Positions 47,267 through 57,708 are shown, counted from the stretch's first letter. The stretch is 64,000 nucleotides of DNA from Rhizomicrobium sp. (GCA_036271455.1 DATBAP010000079.1:4164-68163), one strand, 5' to 3'. Notes: generated by a model from the sequence alone, not told the origin. Program-made: numbers and translations.

Positions 47267-49591
47267 TCAACCGCCGAAATCGCCCGGTTCGGGTGGAATA
47301 TTGGCGATGCGATTGGGAGCCTCGGGCCGGAAATTTTGCGCGGCGCGTTCAGCCGCCTGGCGGTCGGTGGCGGACAATTGGGTCTTGAGCATGGTGATGC
47401 GCGCCTTGGATTCCGCATCGCCGCCGGCGGCGGCGATGGCATACCATTTGTAGGAATCGATCAGGCTTTGCGGCACGCCGTCGCCACGTTCGTAAAGCAC
47501 CGCCAAATTGAACTGGGAATCCGAAAGCCCCAACGCGGCCGCTTGCGCGAACCAGCGCGCCGCCTCTTCCGTGTTTTTGGGGCCGGCCGAACCTTCAGCA
47601 TAGGCCACCGCCAGATTGTGCATGGCCTTGCGGTTGCCCTGATTGGCGGCCGCCAGATACCATTTGAGGGCAAGCGCGGGGCTGGCGGTTACGCCCTGGC
47701 CGCGTTCATACAGGGTGCCCAGACTATATTCCGCCACCGGCTGGCCTTGCAGGGCGGCTTTTTCCAGCCATTGGAAAGCGGCCACGGAATCGCCTGCGTC
47801 GAGATTTCTCAAGCCCATGATGGTCTCGGCGACGTCGTTGCCGCCATTGGCCGCAGCCAGCACCTTGTCAGCAGAGGCGGCAATGGCGGCTCTGGGCGGC
47901 GGCGCGGCGTTGGGCGTAACAAGAATGGCGGGCGGCGCAGCGATCTGGGGCGGCGCCACTTGCAGATGAGGCACGAATGTGACGGCGGATTTATTCGCCA
48001 TGGCGACGTGCTTGGGCGGAGTGATGGCTTGGCCGAATCGTTGGTTCAGCATCAGGGCGGCGGCCGCCGCCAGGAGCAGGAAGAAAACGGCCGCCAGAAT
48101 CACCAGAAAGAGGGGCCGCTTCTTCTTTTCGGAGTCTGATGGGCGGGCCCAACCCAGAAGCCCGCGCGCATCGGCTTCGGCCGCTTCGCGGGCGGAACGG
48201 CGGGCACTGTCCAGGAAATCCTGCTCATTCGCCGGAACGTCATTCGCCGGCATAACGTTTGCGGGCACATCGTTCTCTGGGCCATCGTTCGCTGGATTCG
48301 GCCGCGCCAGGGCGTCGGCGAAATCCTGCGGCATATCGAAATGATTGGCGAAAGCATGCTGCGCGAAATTGTCCGGCATGATGTCGGACACAGCGAGTGG
48401 CTGGGCGGGAATTTCCTCGGCGAGCAGCCCGGCATCGGATTCGGCGGAAGGCTCCGCCTCTGCCATCATTTGTAAATCCAGATCGAACGCGGCGGGCTCG
48501 GAGATCGGCTCGGCGAACGCGACCACCTCCTCCACGACAGGCTCAAGCACAATCGGTTCAGGGATGCGCGCCAGGCCGGCCCTGAGCTCCGCCAGCATGT
48601 CGCTGTGATTCTGTTCCGCCATGTCCAGCCGGAGTGACACTTGCCTCAGGGCATCAACGACGCCGGCATGGGGATCGGGTTCGGCCAGCTCTTCGCGAAT
48701 GGCTGTCAGGACTTGCTCGATCGCCTGGAGCCTTTGCTCCATTGCCAGGTCGGGTTCTTCCAGCGCCGCGAGGCGGCCCTCGATCCCGGCCAACCCATCC
48801 TGCTGCGCGCCGCCGCGGCGCCTGAGGTCGGCCATATCCTGATCATGCGTTTCGGCCTGGGCTTCAATGCGCCCCAGGATCTGCTCGATCGTGCCGTTGG
48901 TGAATTGTTGGGTTTCTTCCAACTGGCCGATATGGGCGTCCAGAGCCTGCGCCGCCGCTTCGGCATCGGTGCGCGCCTGAACCAGTCTCAACGCCAATTG
49001 CTCCAGATTGCGGGCCAGCGAGCCGGTTTGACCGCCGGAGCGGGCGGTGGCTTGGCCGAATTGATCGGCGAGACGCGAGAGGCCCTGATGCAAGCCTTTG
49101 ACCGCCTCTTTCAGGCCGTCCTGGACCGCGGAGCGCTCCAGCTTCTCCAGCCTTTCATCCAGCCCGGCCATATGTCGGCCCAGTTGGTCAAAGGCCTGCG
49201 CCTGCTCGCTGCTGGCGAGGGTGATCTCGGTTGCCGCCCGGCCCATCGCCCGGCTCATTTCGGATTGGCTGCGTTCGGCATTGTCGAGGCCGCTGCCGAC
49301 GTTGCGCAGCTGTTCCTCGATGCGGCGATAGGTGTGGGAGGCTTCGGCTTCCGCATCCGCCAGGCGCGCCAGCATCGCCTCGGTCTCGCGGCGGTTGGCG
49401 GACGACACAAAGTCGGGCCCCTGTTCGCCGGTGCTGAAGGGGACAGCCGCCGCGCCTTCGCCCAATTCAGCGATGATCCGGCGGGTGAGCCATTCCCCGA
49501 CCGACAGGCCCTCGCGCCGCGCTGCCGCGCGCGCGGCTTCCCGAGCCTCGGGCGGTATGCCGGCGACGTTCCAGGGCAGCTCTGCACGCAT
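47267..49591 (-). CDS. PodJ-like polar localization factor (coiled coil, TM, Sel1 repeats)
   Basis: PWNVAGIPPEAREAA..ARREGLSVGEWL N-terminus, long coiled coil, FLDSARRSA, TM, three Sel1 repeats (YERGQGV, YAEGSAG, YERGDGV). Confidence 0.75.
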   Translation of the reverse strand: MRAELPWNVAGIPPEAREAARAAARREGLSVGEWLTRRIIAELGEGAAAVPFSTGEQGPDFVSSANRRETEAMLARLADAEAEASHTYRRIEEQLRNVGSGLDNAERSQSEMSRAMGRAATEITLASSEQAQAFDQLGRHMAGLDERLEKLERSAVQDGLKEAVKGLHQGLSRLADQFGQATARSGGQTGSLARNLEQLALRLVQARTDAEAAAQALDAHIGQLEETQQFTNGTIEQILGRIEAQAETHDQDMADLRRRGGAQQDGLAGIEGRLAALEEPDLAMEQRLQAIEQVLTAIREELAEPDPHAGVVDALRQVSLRLDMAEQNHSDMLAELRAGLARIPEPIVLEPVVEEVVAFAEPISEPAAFDLDLQMMAEAEPSAESDAGLLAEEIPAQPLAVSDIMPDNFAQHAFANHFDMPQDFADALARPNPANDGPENDVPANVMPANDVPANEQDFLDSARRSAREAAEADARGLLGWARPSDSEKKKRPLFLVILAAVFFLLLAAAAALMLNQRFGQAITPPKHVAMANKSAVTFVPHLQVAPPQIAAPPAILVTPNAAPPPRAAIAASADKVLAAANGGNDVAETIMGLRNLDAGDSVAAFQWLEKAALQGQPVAEYSLGTLYERGQGVTASPALALKWYLAAANQGNRKAMHNLAVAYAEGSAGPKNTEEAARWFAQAAALGLSDSQFNLAVLYERGDGVPQSLIDSYKWYAIAAAGGDAESKARITMLKTQLSATDRQAAERAAQNFRPEAPNRIANIPPEPGDFGG

Positions 49592-49731
49592 CTCGAATGA
49601 CTGGCCCTAATGGCCCCAACGGACGGTAACGGCGGCAAGATATAGTGTAAAGGAAGGATCGCGCTCCGATACGCTGTATCCCGGCCACCCGGTTCAGTCA
49701 TGCACAGATAGTTCGGTCCGCTGGGCTGGCT

Positions 49732-50316
49732 TTAAGGCGGGGCCTCGTCCCCCCGCGGGGGGATCGGAGATTGCGTTTCGCCCGCTGGTTTGGGCTTCAG
49801 TCCCAGATCGCTGGCGAACAGTTCGGCGACATAGACGGTATCGCCATTGACCGCGGCACCCACGCCGGTCCGGTCATAGGCCGGATAGGACAGGTTTTCG
49901 CGGTGCGGATCGCTTTTGACCCATTCGTCCAGAAAGCGCTGGGCGAAGACGTCCACATCCACGCCGCTCACTTTGAGGTAATGCTGGGCGGCGAGATTTT
50001 CGCCTAGAAGACCCTGCCAGGTGGCGTCGTCGGCCATCAGCAGCGAGGCCGATGTGTCGCCATTGGGCGCGGCATGGGCGAGATAATTCTTCTCCGCCAT
50101 GTCGTGCGCGCGGGCCTGGGCGATTTTGGTGAGTTCGGGATCGAGGACCAAGATCTTGGCGCCGGGATCGAGCTTGAGGCGCTCTTCCTGCACCAGCGTT
50201 TCAATGCGGCCGGCAAGAGCCATCATCTGGGTTTGCGGATCGGGCGGCGTCTGAATTGTTTCGGCACAACCCGCCGATATCAGGCTCGCGCAGGCGAGAA
50301 GAAGAAACCGCTTCAT
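49732..50316 (-). CDS. CAP/SCP-domain lipoprotein
   Basis: ISAGC lipobox; ARAHDMA..YLAH, GENLA, WVKSDPHRENL, GVG. Confidence 0.8.
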   Translation of the reverse strand: MKRFLLLACASLISAGCAETIQTPPDPQTQMMALAGRIETLVQEERLKLDPGAKILVLDPELTKIAQARAHDMAEKNYLAHAAPNGDTSASLLMADDATWQGLLGENLAAQHYLKVSGVDVDVFAQRFLDEWVKSDPHRENLSYPAYDRTGVGAAVNGDTVYVAELFASDLGLKPKPAGETQSPIPPRGDEAPP

Positions 50317-50321
50317 CCCGC

Positions 50322-51527
50322 TCAGGGAAGGATCTCGAACAGGCCCGCCGCGCCCATGCCGCCGCCGATGCACATGGTGGCCACGCCGTACTTGGCCTTG
50401 CGGCGGCGGCCTTCCAACAACAGATGGCCCACCATACGCGCGCCCGACATGCCATACGGATGGCCAATCGAAATGGCGCCGCCATCGACATTGAGCTTGT
50501 CGTGGGGAATGCCCAACTTGTCCATGCAATAGAGCACTTGGCAGGCGAAAGCTTCGTTCAATTCCCACAGATCGATGTCGGCGACGGTGAGATTGTGGCG
50601 CTTGAGAAGGCGTGGCACCGCCAGCGCGGGCCCGATGCCCATTTCATCCGGCTCGACGCCGGCCACCGCGAAGCCTTTGAAGATGCCCAGCGGCTTGAGG
50701 TTCTTTTTCGCCGCCAGCTCTTCGCTCATCAGCACCGAGGCCGAGGCGCCGTCGGCGAATTGTGAAGCATTGCCGGCGGTGATGTATTTGCCCTGGGCGA
50801 TCTGCTGGCCGCCCATATGCACCGGCTTGAGCGCCGCCAGTCCTTCCAGCGTGGTGTCGGGACGGTTGGCGTCATCGCGGCTCACCGTCACCTCCACCAT
50901 GGTTTCAGCGCCGGTGGCCTTGTCGACATGTTTCATCTTGGTGGTGAGTGGCACGATCTCGTCATTGAATTTGCCCGCGGCCTGGGCGGCGGCGGTGCGC
51001 TTCTGGCTTTCCAGCGAATATTGGTCGGCGCGCTCGCGGCTGATGTTGTAACGCTCCGCCACGATCTCTCCGGTCTCGATCATGGTCATCCACAGCGCGG
51101 GTTTCACCTGAAGCAAATGCTCCTCGGTGAAATGCTTGAGATTGATGCCGCCCATCTGCACGAGCGAAATGGATTCGACTCCCGAGCCCACCGTAACATC
51201 GGTGCCGTCACTCATGATCTGCTGCGCCGCCATCGCGATGGCCTGCAGGCCTGACGAGCAATAGCGGTTGATGGTGACGCCGGCAGTGGTGACGGGACAG
51301 CCCGCCCAGATCGCGGATTCGCGGGCGATATTGTTGCCGGTGGCGCCTTCGGGAAAGCCGCAGCCCATCATGACATCTTCCACTTCGCCCGGGTCGATGC
51401 CCGCCTTGGCGATGGCATGCTTGACGGCATGGCCGCCCATCACCGCGCCATGGGTCTGGTTGAAGCCGCCGCGCACCGATTTGGCCAAGCCCGTGCGTGC
51501 GGTGGAAACGATGACGGCCTGTCTCAT
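50322..51527 (-). CDS. Acetyl-CoA C-acyltransferase (thiolase)
   Basis: NRYCSSG, NEAFA, GHPYGMSG, CIGGGMG. Confidence 0.93.
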   Translation of the reverse strand: MRQAVIVSTARTGLAKSVRGGFNQTHGAVMGGHAVKHAIAKAGIDPGEVEDVMMGCGFPEGATGNNIARESAIWAGCPVTTAGVTINRYCSSGLQAIAMAAQQIMSDGTDVTVGSGVESISLVQMGGINLKHFTEEHLLQVKPALWMTMIETGEIVAERYNISRERADQYSLESQKRTAAAQAAGKFNDEIVPLTTKMKHVDKATGAETMVEVTVSRDDANRPDTTLEGLAALKPVHMGGQQIAQGKYITAGNASQFADGASASVLMSEELAAKKNLKPLGIFKGFAVAGVEPDEMGIGPALAVPRLLKRHNLTVADIDLWELNEAFACQVLYCMDKLGIPHDKLNVDGGAISIGHPYGMSGARMVGHLLLEGRRRKAKYGVATMCIGGGMGAAGLFEILP

Positions 51528-51579
51528 GGGAATTCTCCTGGGGCTGGACGCGCCAGCCGCTGCCGGTGCGCCACCGAAA

Positions 51580-52125
51580 CTAGCGCGACAGCCGTTCCGC
51601 CGCCAGCGCGGGATAGAGAAGCGTGAAGGTGACGCCGCCGGTCAGCGCCATCACGCTGACCGCGATGCCCACATAGAAGGGCAAAGAGAGGAAGGCCACC
51701 GCGCCGTCCGCCAGTGTCATCAAGGCGAAGGAAAGTGCCCAGACCAGGGAAATGCGCTGGTTGACGCGCAGGAAAGCGGGCAGCGGCCAATGCGGATGAT
51801 GCTGCGAATTCCGGCTGGCATATTGCAGCGAGAAAGGCCGGCCGCGGATCAGGGACACCAGGATCGCCAGGCACAGAACCCCATCCACGATAGCGCGGAC
51901 GATCGCCAGGGAAAGCTCGGGGGTGACGAAGCCGCGGATCAGCGCCAGAAGCCCGAACAAGGCAAGGCTGGTGCCGTCCAGAAGCCTTAACGAGGGGCTT
52001 TCCACGAAATCGCGGATGGTGACGACGAAGGCGGCGGCAAAAGCCAGCCATAGCGCGAGATCGGCGGAAAGCCGCGAAAGCAGCGCGAATAGGATGAAAG
52101 GTGCGAAGCCGAAGAGAAGGGTCAT
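51580..52125 (-). CDS. Hypothetical membrane protein
   Basis: Multiple TMs; LFGFAPFILF, GRPFSLQYA, FLRVNQRISLVW. Confidence 0.7.
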   Translation of the reverse strand: MTLLFGFAPFILFALLSRLSADLALWLAFAAAFVVTIRDFVESPSLRLLDGTSLALFGLLALIRGFVTPELSLAIVRAIVDGVLCLAILVSLIRGRPFSLQYASRNSQHHPHWPLPAFLRVNQRISLVWALSFALMTLADGAVAFLSLPFYVGIAVSVMALTGGVTFTLLYPALAAERLSR

Positions 52126-52152
52126 GCTTCAGCCTGGATTGGCTTCGGCTCT

Positions 52153-52193
52153 AAAAGGAAAAAGGACGGAACGTTTTGAACGTCCCGCCCTTT
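52153..52193 (-). terminator. Intrinsic terminator
   Basis: Minus strand GGGCGGGACGTT-CAA-AACGTTCCGTCC then TTTTTCCTTTT, immediately after the 52197 stop. Confidence 0.7.
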
Positions 52194-52196
52194 GGC

Positions 52197-53429
52197 TTAT
52201 TTTGCCGGCGCCGCAGCGGCGGTGGCCGCGGGCGGATTCTGCTTCACCTTGGCGTAGTCCACCCATAGGCGGGTGATGCGCGCGGTGGCGGGACCGCCAC
52301 CCTGGACCTGGCCGAACGCTGTGACGGCGTCGGCATATTTGCCTTGCGCCACCAACGACTGGCCCAGAACCATGGGCGCTTCGCTGGGATCGGTCGTGCC
52401 ACCTTTGCTCATGGCGAGCTTGGCGGCGGCTTCGGCTTCCGCATACATGCCATAGCTGTAGAGCGCTTCCGCCAGCTTCGCATTATAGTTGCCGTTCTGC
52501 TTTTCGCCGGCCGCGATCTGCTGGGGCATGGTCTTCTTGTCGGCGTCGGCCCGGGCGGTCGGATCCGGAAAGCCGGTGCCACCATGCTGTTGGGACACCA
52601 GCGCGTCGCCGAAGAAGGTGGCGTGGCTGGCGGTCTGACCGAACAGGTTGGAGTCTTCCGCCGAGGCGGTGGCGCCCACCTGGAACAGGAGGCGGCCCAG
52701 CCAAATGATGTCGGTGTCGCGGATGCCCTTGGATGTGATCGTCACGTCGATCATCTGGGTCCAGTCCTTGGGATCGTTGTAGCCGGCGACCAGCTGTTCC
52801 AAAGTCTTTTCCGCGCCGGCTTCGTCCTTCTGCGCCACCTGGACGTCGAGCAGATTCTGCAAGGTGTCGCGCGCGGGCGTCTTGCCCGCCGCGGTAGCCA
52901 CATCGATCTGTTTCTGGACGACGACCTGGGCGGCGGGGAAATCCTTGGCGTTGAAATAGGCCACGGTGATCTGGCTGATCACGCCCGCATCCGTGGGGTT
53001 GGTAGCCTGCAACGCCTTGGCGTAGGTGACCGCCTTGTCAGTATGCTTCTGGTTGTTGGCCAGGATCAAAGCCAGGCGAAGCATCTCGGTCTTGTCCTCG
53101 GGCGGCATGGCGGGCGAATCCGCGGCCGCTTCTGCGTCCTGGTCGGCGCCGGCCATGTTGTTGGTCTTGATCTGGACATTGATATCGATCTTGTTGATCC
53201 AGTAATCGTCCTCGGGCGTGCGGCCGTCCACGGTGCGCGCCTTGGCGATGTCATCCGCCGCGGTCTTGAAGTCGCCGGCGGTATAGGCCTTCTGTTCGTC
53301 CGCCAAGGCGTTGTTCACGGCTTTGGTCAGTTTGGGGCCAGCGGCGTAAGCCGGCAGGGCCAACAGCGCCAGCGGGGCCGCGGCCAGGAGCACGACCGTC
53401 AGGGGCGCGCGAAATTTTTTGCTCGTCAT
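52197..53429 (-). CDS. Secreted helical-repeat (TPR-like) hypothetical protein
   Basis: Signal peptide (AYA), Ala-rich helical repeats, C-terminal TPR-like LGQSLVAQGKYADAVTAF. Confidence 0.7.
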   Translation of the reverse strand: MTSKKFRAPLTVVLLAAAPLALLALPAYAAGPKLTKAVNNALADEQKAYTAGDFKTAADDIAKARTVDGRTPEDDYWINKIDINVQIKTNNMAGADQDAEAAADSPAMPPEDKTEMLRLALILANNQKHTDKAVTYAKALQATNPTDAGVISQITVAYFNAKDFPAAQVVVQKQIDVATAAGKTPARDTLQNLLDVQVAQKDEAGAEKTLEQLVAGYNDPKDWTQMIDVTITSKGIRDTDIIWLGRLLFQVGATASAEDSNLFGQTASHATFFGDALVSQQHGGTGFPDPTARADADKKTMPQQIAAGEKQNGNYNAKLAEALYSYGMYAEAEAAAKLAMSKGGTTDPSEAPMVLGQSLVAQGKYADAVTAFGQVQGGGPATARITRLWVDYAKVKQNPPAATAAAAPAK

Positions 53430-53683
53430 GGAAATTTCCCTTCGATTGGCGGCTGTCGGCCGCGCATAAACGCCCCTCCGATTTGCAGAAATATGAGGTT
53501 ATTGCAACCTTAATGTGGCCTTTCTCTGTTTCCAACAGGGCGGGGGGCTGCGGCAAAGAGCCATTCACAGATGCTTGCTGCACCGCAGCGTAAATCGCTT
53601 CTTTACCATGGCAATGCGATCTTCCCCGGCTAGGACGGGGATCCAAGTTGCATGCCGTTTCCCAGGTGAAAGCCGCTTCAGAC

Positions 53684-54448
53684 ATGTTCCGGTTGGATGG
53701 CCGCGTCGCGTTCGTATCCGCGGCGCGTGGGCATTTGGGTCAAGCCATGGCGCGATCCCTCGCATCCGCCGGCGCGCATGTGATCATCAACGGCCGCGAC
53801 GACGCCAAGCTCGAGCAATTCGAAAAGGAATTGCGGGGTGAAAATTTCTCGGTCTCTCGCGCCGCGTTCGATGTCACCGACATCAAGGCTCTGCGCGCCT
53901 TCCTGGGCGGCCTCAAGCGGTTGGACGTCCTGGTCAACAACGCGGTGTCCATGCAGGTGAAGGGATTTTCAGCTTTGGCGCCGGCCGATTTCGCGCTCAC
54001 CTATGAAAGCGCGGTCACTGTCGCGTTCGAGGCCGTGCGCGCGGCCCTGCCGGCGCTCAAACAGGCCGTGGCGGCGGCCAAGGACGCTAGCGTCATCAAT
54101 GTCTCCTCGATGTATGCCATGGCCGCGCCCGACGCCCGGCTTTACGACACGCCGGAAGGCCAAAGCCCTTTTCATTACGGTCCCGCCAAGGCCGGGCTGC
54201 TGCAACTCACCCGTCATCTCGCCGCCGAGCTGGGATCCCAAGGCATCCGCGTCAATGCGATGGCGCCGGGCCCCTTTCCCGCCAAAGTGGGGGAGCCCTT
54301 GGCCGCCCGGCTGGCATCGCGGACCATGTTGGGCCGTTTGGGAAGGCCAGAGGAGATCACGGGCCCGCTTCTGTTCCTGGCGTCGCCTGCGTCCAGCTAT
54401 GTGACCGGCGCCACGCTGAACATTGATGGTGGCTGGGGCGCTTGGTGA
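53684..54448 (+). CDS. SDR-family oxidoreductase
   Basis: LDVLVNNA, INVSS, YGPAK, IRVNAMAPG, LFLAS..SYVTG..IDGG. Confidence 0.85.
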   Translation: MFRLDGRVAFVSAARGHLGQAMARSLASAGAHVIINGRDDAKLEQFEKELRGENFSVSRAAFDVTDIKALRAFLGGLKRLDVLVNNAVSMQVKGFSALAPADFALTYESAVTVAFEAVRAALPALKQAVAAAKDASVINVSSMYAMAAPDARLYDTPEGQSPFHYGPAKAGLLQLTRHLAAELGSQGIRVNAMAPGPFPAKVGEPLAARLASRTMLGRLGRPEEITGPLLFLASPASSYVTGATLNIDGGWGAW

Positions 54449-54455
54449 TAAAAGC

Positions 54456-56303
54456 ATGAACATGGCGTTCCTCTCCTCCTTCCGTATCGGGCAGCAGACG
54501 GTTTATCCCGAAGAGCTGCGCGAAAGGCTTTCCGGGTTTGCCCTGCTCAAGAATGTGGGGGACGGCGCGCTCAAGAATCTTTTGGCCGAGGCCAATTGGT
54601 TCTGCCTTCCCGGCGGCACGCTGCTCGACCGCCATGGCGAAAATGATTCCGCTTTATTCCTGGTGGTGACGGGCTCGTTGGGCGTCTTTGTGGCCGACGC
54701 ACAGGGCCAGCGCCGCATGGTGGCCCTGGTGCCGGCAGGCGAGACGGTGGGCGAGATGTCATTGATCACTCAAGAGCGCGAACACAGCGCCCAGCTTGTG
54801 GCGTTGCGCGACACCGAGCTTCTGCGGGTCAGTCCCGAAGGGTTTGAGACGCTGATCTCGCGTCACCCCAAGGTGATGATGAATCTGATGCAGATATTGG
54901 TGAAGCGGCTGGCCGCCACCACCCGCAATTCCGGCCAGGGCTCGCGGCCCAAAAGCTTTGCCATCATTCCGCTTCAGGAAAATCTCGAAGCCGCCCCCAT
55001 CGCCCACCGCCTCGCCAATGCACTGGCCGAAATGGGCAGCCGCGCCGCGGTGCTGGACAACCAGGCCAGCGAGCAGAGCGCGGAATGGTTCAATGCCTTC
55101 GAGGCGGCGCATGACGTGGTGTTCTATCGCGGCGATTCGCCGGACAGCGCCTGGACCCATCAATGCTTGCGCCAGGCCGACCGCATCTTCCTGTTGGCCC
55201 GCTCCGATGAGCCCTTGCCGCTTCGCCCACTGGATCTACCCGCCTTCAAGGAGCGTGCTTCGGGCCTGCCGGAGCTGCTGTTGCTGCATCCTCCGGGCTC
55301 GCGCGCCGGACTGCCGGAGCATTTTTCGCTGCGCTCGGGCCTGTTCGAATCCCATCACCATATCCGCGCCGGCAACAAGGCCGATGTGGCGCGGCTGGCG
55401 CGTTTCATTTCCGGCCGCGCTGTCGGGCTGGTTCTGGCGGGCGGCGGCGCCAGGGGCTTCGCCCATATCGGCATCATCAAGGCGCTGATGGAGGCCGACG
55501 TGCCCTTCGATCATCTGGGCGGCACCTCGATGGGCGCGATCATCGCCGCGGGTCTTGCCCATGAATGGAGCATCGAGGAACTGACCGAGCGCATGCGCAC
55601 GGTCTTCGTCACCCACAATCCGCTCAATGATTTCACCTTGCCGTTGATCGCGCTGGTCAGGGGCAAGAAAGCCTCGACCATGCTGATGACCAATTTCGGC
55701 GATATCCGCATCGAGGAATTGCCCAAGCCGTTCTTCTGCGTCTCGTCCGATCTCACCACCGGCCGCATCCATGAGCATCGGTCGGGCACGCTATGGCGGG
55801 CGTTGCGCGCTTCGGTGGCGCTTCCCGGGATTCTGCCGCCGGTCACCTATCATGGCCACCTGCTGGTGGATGGCGGCGTGATGAACAATCTGCCGGTGGA
55901 TGTGATGCGCGAGCATTCGATGGGCGCGGGCCCCATCATCGCCTGCGATGTCACCGGCGAACTGGATTTGCAGGCGCGCGACGACCGCTATGGCGAGCGG
56001 CCCTGGTGGTGGCTGATCGGCCAGCGCATGCGAGGCAATCCTTCCATCGTCTCCATCCTGATGCGTTCGGGCACGGTGGGTTCGGAAGCCCAGCGCCGCG
56101 TCGTGCGCGAGCAGGCCGATTACCTGATCGAGCCGCCCATGCCCACGATAGGGTTGCGCGACTGGAAGAAATTCGACCAGGCAATCAAGGAAGGTTACGA
56201 GACGGCCTGCGCCGCCATCGAAAAGAACGGCGTGCCGCTTACCAATGTCTGGAGCGACGGCCCGGCATTGGCCGTACCCAAGAGCCTCGCCTCCGCATCC
56301 TAG
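54456..56303 (+). CDS. cNMP-binding patatin-like phospholipase (NTE family)
   Basis: cNMP domain (GEMSL, ALRDTEL); GGGARG, GTSMG, DGG patatin motifs. Confidence 0.88.
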   Translation: MNMAFLSSFRIGQQTVYPEELRERLSGFALLKNVGDGALKNLLAEANWFCLPGGTLLDRHGENDSALFLVVTGSLGVFVADAQGQRRMVALVPAGETVGEMSLITQEREHSAQLVALRDTELLRVSPEGFETLISRHPKVMMNLMQILVKRLAATTRNSGQGSRPKSFAIIPLQENLEAAPIAHRLANALAEMGSRAAVLDNQASEQSAEWFNAFEAAHDVVFYRGDSPDSAWTHQCLRQADRIFLLARSDEPLPLRPLDLPAFKERASGLPELLLLHPPGSRAGLPEHFSLRSGLFESHHHIRAGNKADVARLARFISGRAVGLVLAGGGARGFAHIGIIKALMEADVPFDHLGGTSMGAIIAAGLAHEWSIEELTERMRTVFVTHNPLNDFTLPLIALVRGKKASTMLMTNFGDIRIEELPKPFFCVSSDLTTGRIHEHRSGTLWRALRASVALPGILPPVTYHGHLLVDGGVMNNLPVDVMREHSMGAGPIIACDVTGELDLQARDDRYGERPWWWLIGQRMRGNPSIVSILMRSGTVGSEAQRRVVREQADYLIEPPMPTIGLRDWKKFDQAIKEGYETACAAIEKNGVPLTNVWSDGPALAVPKSLASAS

Positions 56304-56743
56304 ATCGAAGATCCGCCGCTTCCCGGCGCCAGAATCTGATTGTGCAGCAGGTCATAGTGCCCGCCATCGGACGCGGTAAGGATCATCGACGTGATATTGA
56401 CGTGGCCGTGGCGCGTATCCGCCTCGACCGCCAGCGTCCCTTCCGCCTTGCTGCCCTCCAGCCGCACTTCGTAGTCGCTATGGCTGCCCATGCCCGGCAC
56501 ATAAGAGAAAGCATTGCCAGTCATGCCCACGACATGGACATCGTCGCCCAGCGCTTGGTGGGCCAAGCCGTCGCGGCGGACCAGTTCGGAGACGCTGCGC
56601 ATCACCGGATCGCTGCGGAAACCCTGCCACAGGAACCAGGTGCCATAGCCGCCCGCCAGCAGAACCGGCAGGAGCAGAATCGCCACTACGCCCAGGCAAC
56701 CCCAGAAACAGCCATGCGAGCGCGGTTGAGCATTGCCAGTCAT
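56300..56743 (-). CDS. Coa1-like membrane-anchored protein
   Basis: GCFWGCL plus TM, QALGDDV, LEGSKAEGTLAVEA pattern. Confidence 0.55.
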   Translation of the reverse strand: MTGNAQPRSHGCFWGCLGVVAILLLPVLLAGGYGTWFLWQGFRSDPVMRSVSELVRRDGLAHQALGDDVHVVGMTGNAFSYVPGMGSHSDYEVRLEGSKAEGTLAVEADTRHGHVNITSMILTASDGGHYDLLHNQILAPGSGGSSI

Positions 56744-56829
56744 TAGAGGAACAAAGCTTGGCTTCGGCCCAAGCGTCAAGGCACAATGCGCAATGACCGA
56801 TAGTCAAGCGCGAGCGATGAGGGTGGGAC

Positions 56830-57708
56830 ATGCCAATCGACTATGATGACATGATGCAGAGCGGCGCCACGGGCCTTGAGGCGCGCTATGACGAGAAGGA
56901 CGTGATGCTTTACGCCCTGGGCGTGGGCTTCATGCGCCATCCCCTGGACGAAAAGGAATTGCCATTCGCTTATGAAGGTCACGGCCTGAAGGTGGTGCCC
57001 ACTTTCGCCACCGTGATCAATCGCGGCGATGCGCCGGCCGAGCGCCAGCGCATGCCGCAGAAATCCTCGATCAGTTTCATGATGGTGGTGGATGGCGAGC
57101 GCCGCATCACCTTCCACAAGCCGATGGCCCCCAGGGCCGAGGTGGTCGCCGACGAGCGCATGCTGGAAGTCCTGGACAAGGGGGAGGGACGGGGCGCGGT
57201 TCTGATTCAGGAACGCGTGGTGCGCGACAAGGCCAGCGGCGAGAAGCTGCATACCATCGTTTCGTCCATCTTTGCACGCGGCGATGGCGGCTTTGGTGGC
57301 CCGGAGCGCGGCGGTCCCGAGCTGCACACTTTGCCCGCCCGCGCGCCCGACCTGATCAAGGAATGCGACACCAGGCCCGATCAGGCGTTTCTTTATGCGT
57401 TGTCCGGTGATCGCAATCCGCTTCATCGCGATCCGGCCATGGCCAAGGCGGTGGGCTTTCCCAGGCCCATCCTGCACGGCCTTTGCTCTTACGGCACGGC
57501 TTGCAGGGCGATTCTGTCCGCTGTCGCGGACTATAAGCCCGAACGCATCAAGCAATTCGATGTACGTTTTTCCAAGCCGGTTTTCCCCGGCGAGACGTTG
57601 GTGGTGGAAATCTGGGCGGATGGCGCGACCCTTTCCTTCCGCGCCGGAGTGAAGGAACGGCCGGGTACCGTGGTGTTGAACAATGGCCTCTGCCTTCTCG
57701 GAGACTGA
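56830..57708 (+). CDS. MaoC-family (MFE-2 hydratase 2-like) dehydratase
   Basis: LYALGVG, PTF, YALSGDRNPLHRDP, ILHGLC, PVFPGE. Confidence 0.88.
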   Translation: MPIDYDDMMQSGATGLEARYDEKDVMLYALGVGFMRHPLDEKELPFAYEGHGLKVVPTFATVINRGDAPAERQRMPQKSSISFMMVVDGERRITFHKPMAPRAEVVADERMLEVLDKGEGRGAVLIQERVVRDKASGEKLHTIVSSIFARGDGGFGGPERGGPELHTLPARAPDLIKECDTRPDQAFLYALSGDRNPLHRDPAMAKAVGFPRPILHGLCSYGTACRAILSAVADYKPERIKQFDVRFSKPVFPGETLVVEIWADGATLSFRAGVKERPGTVVLNNGLCLLGD

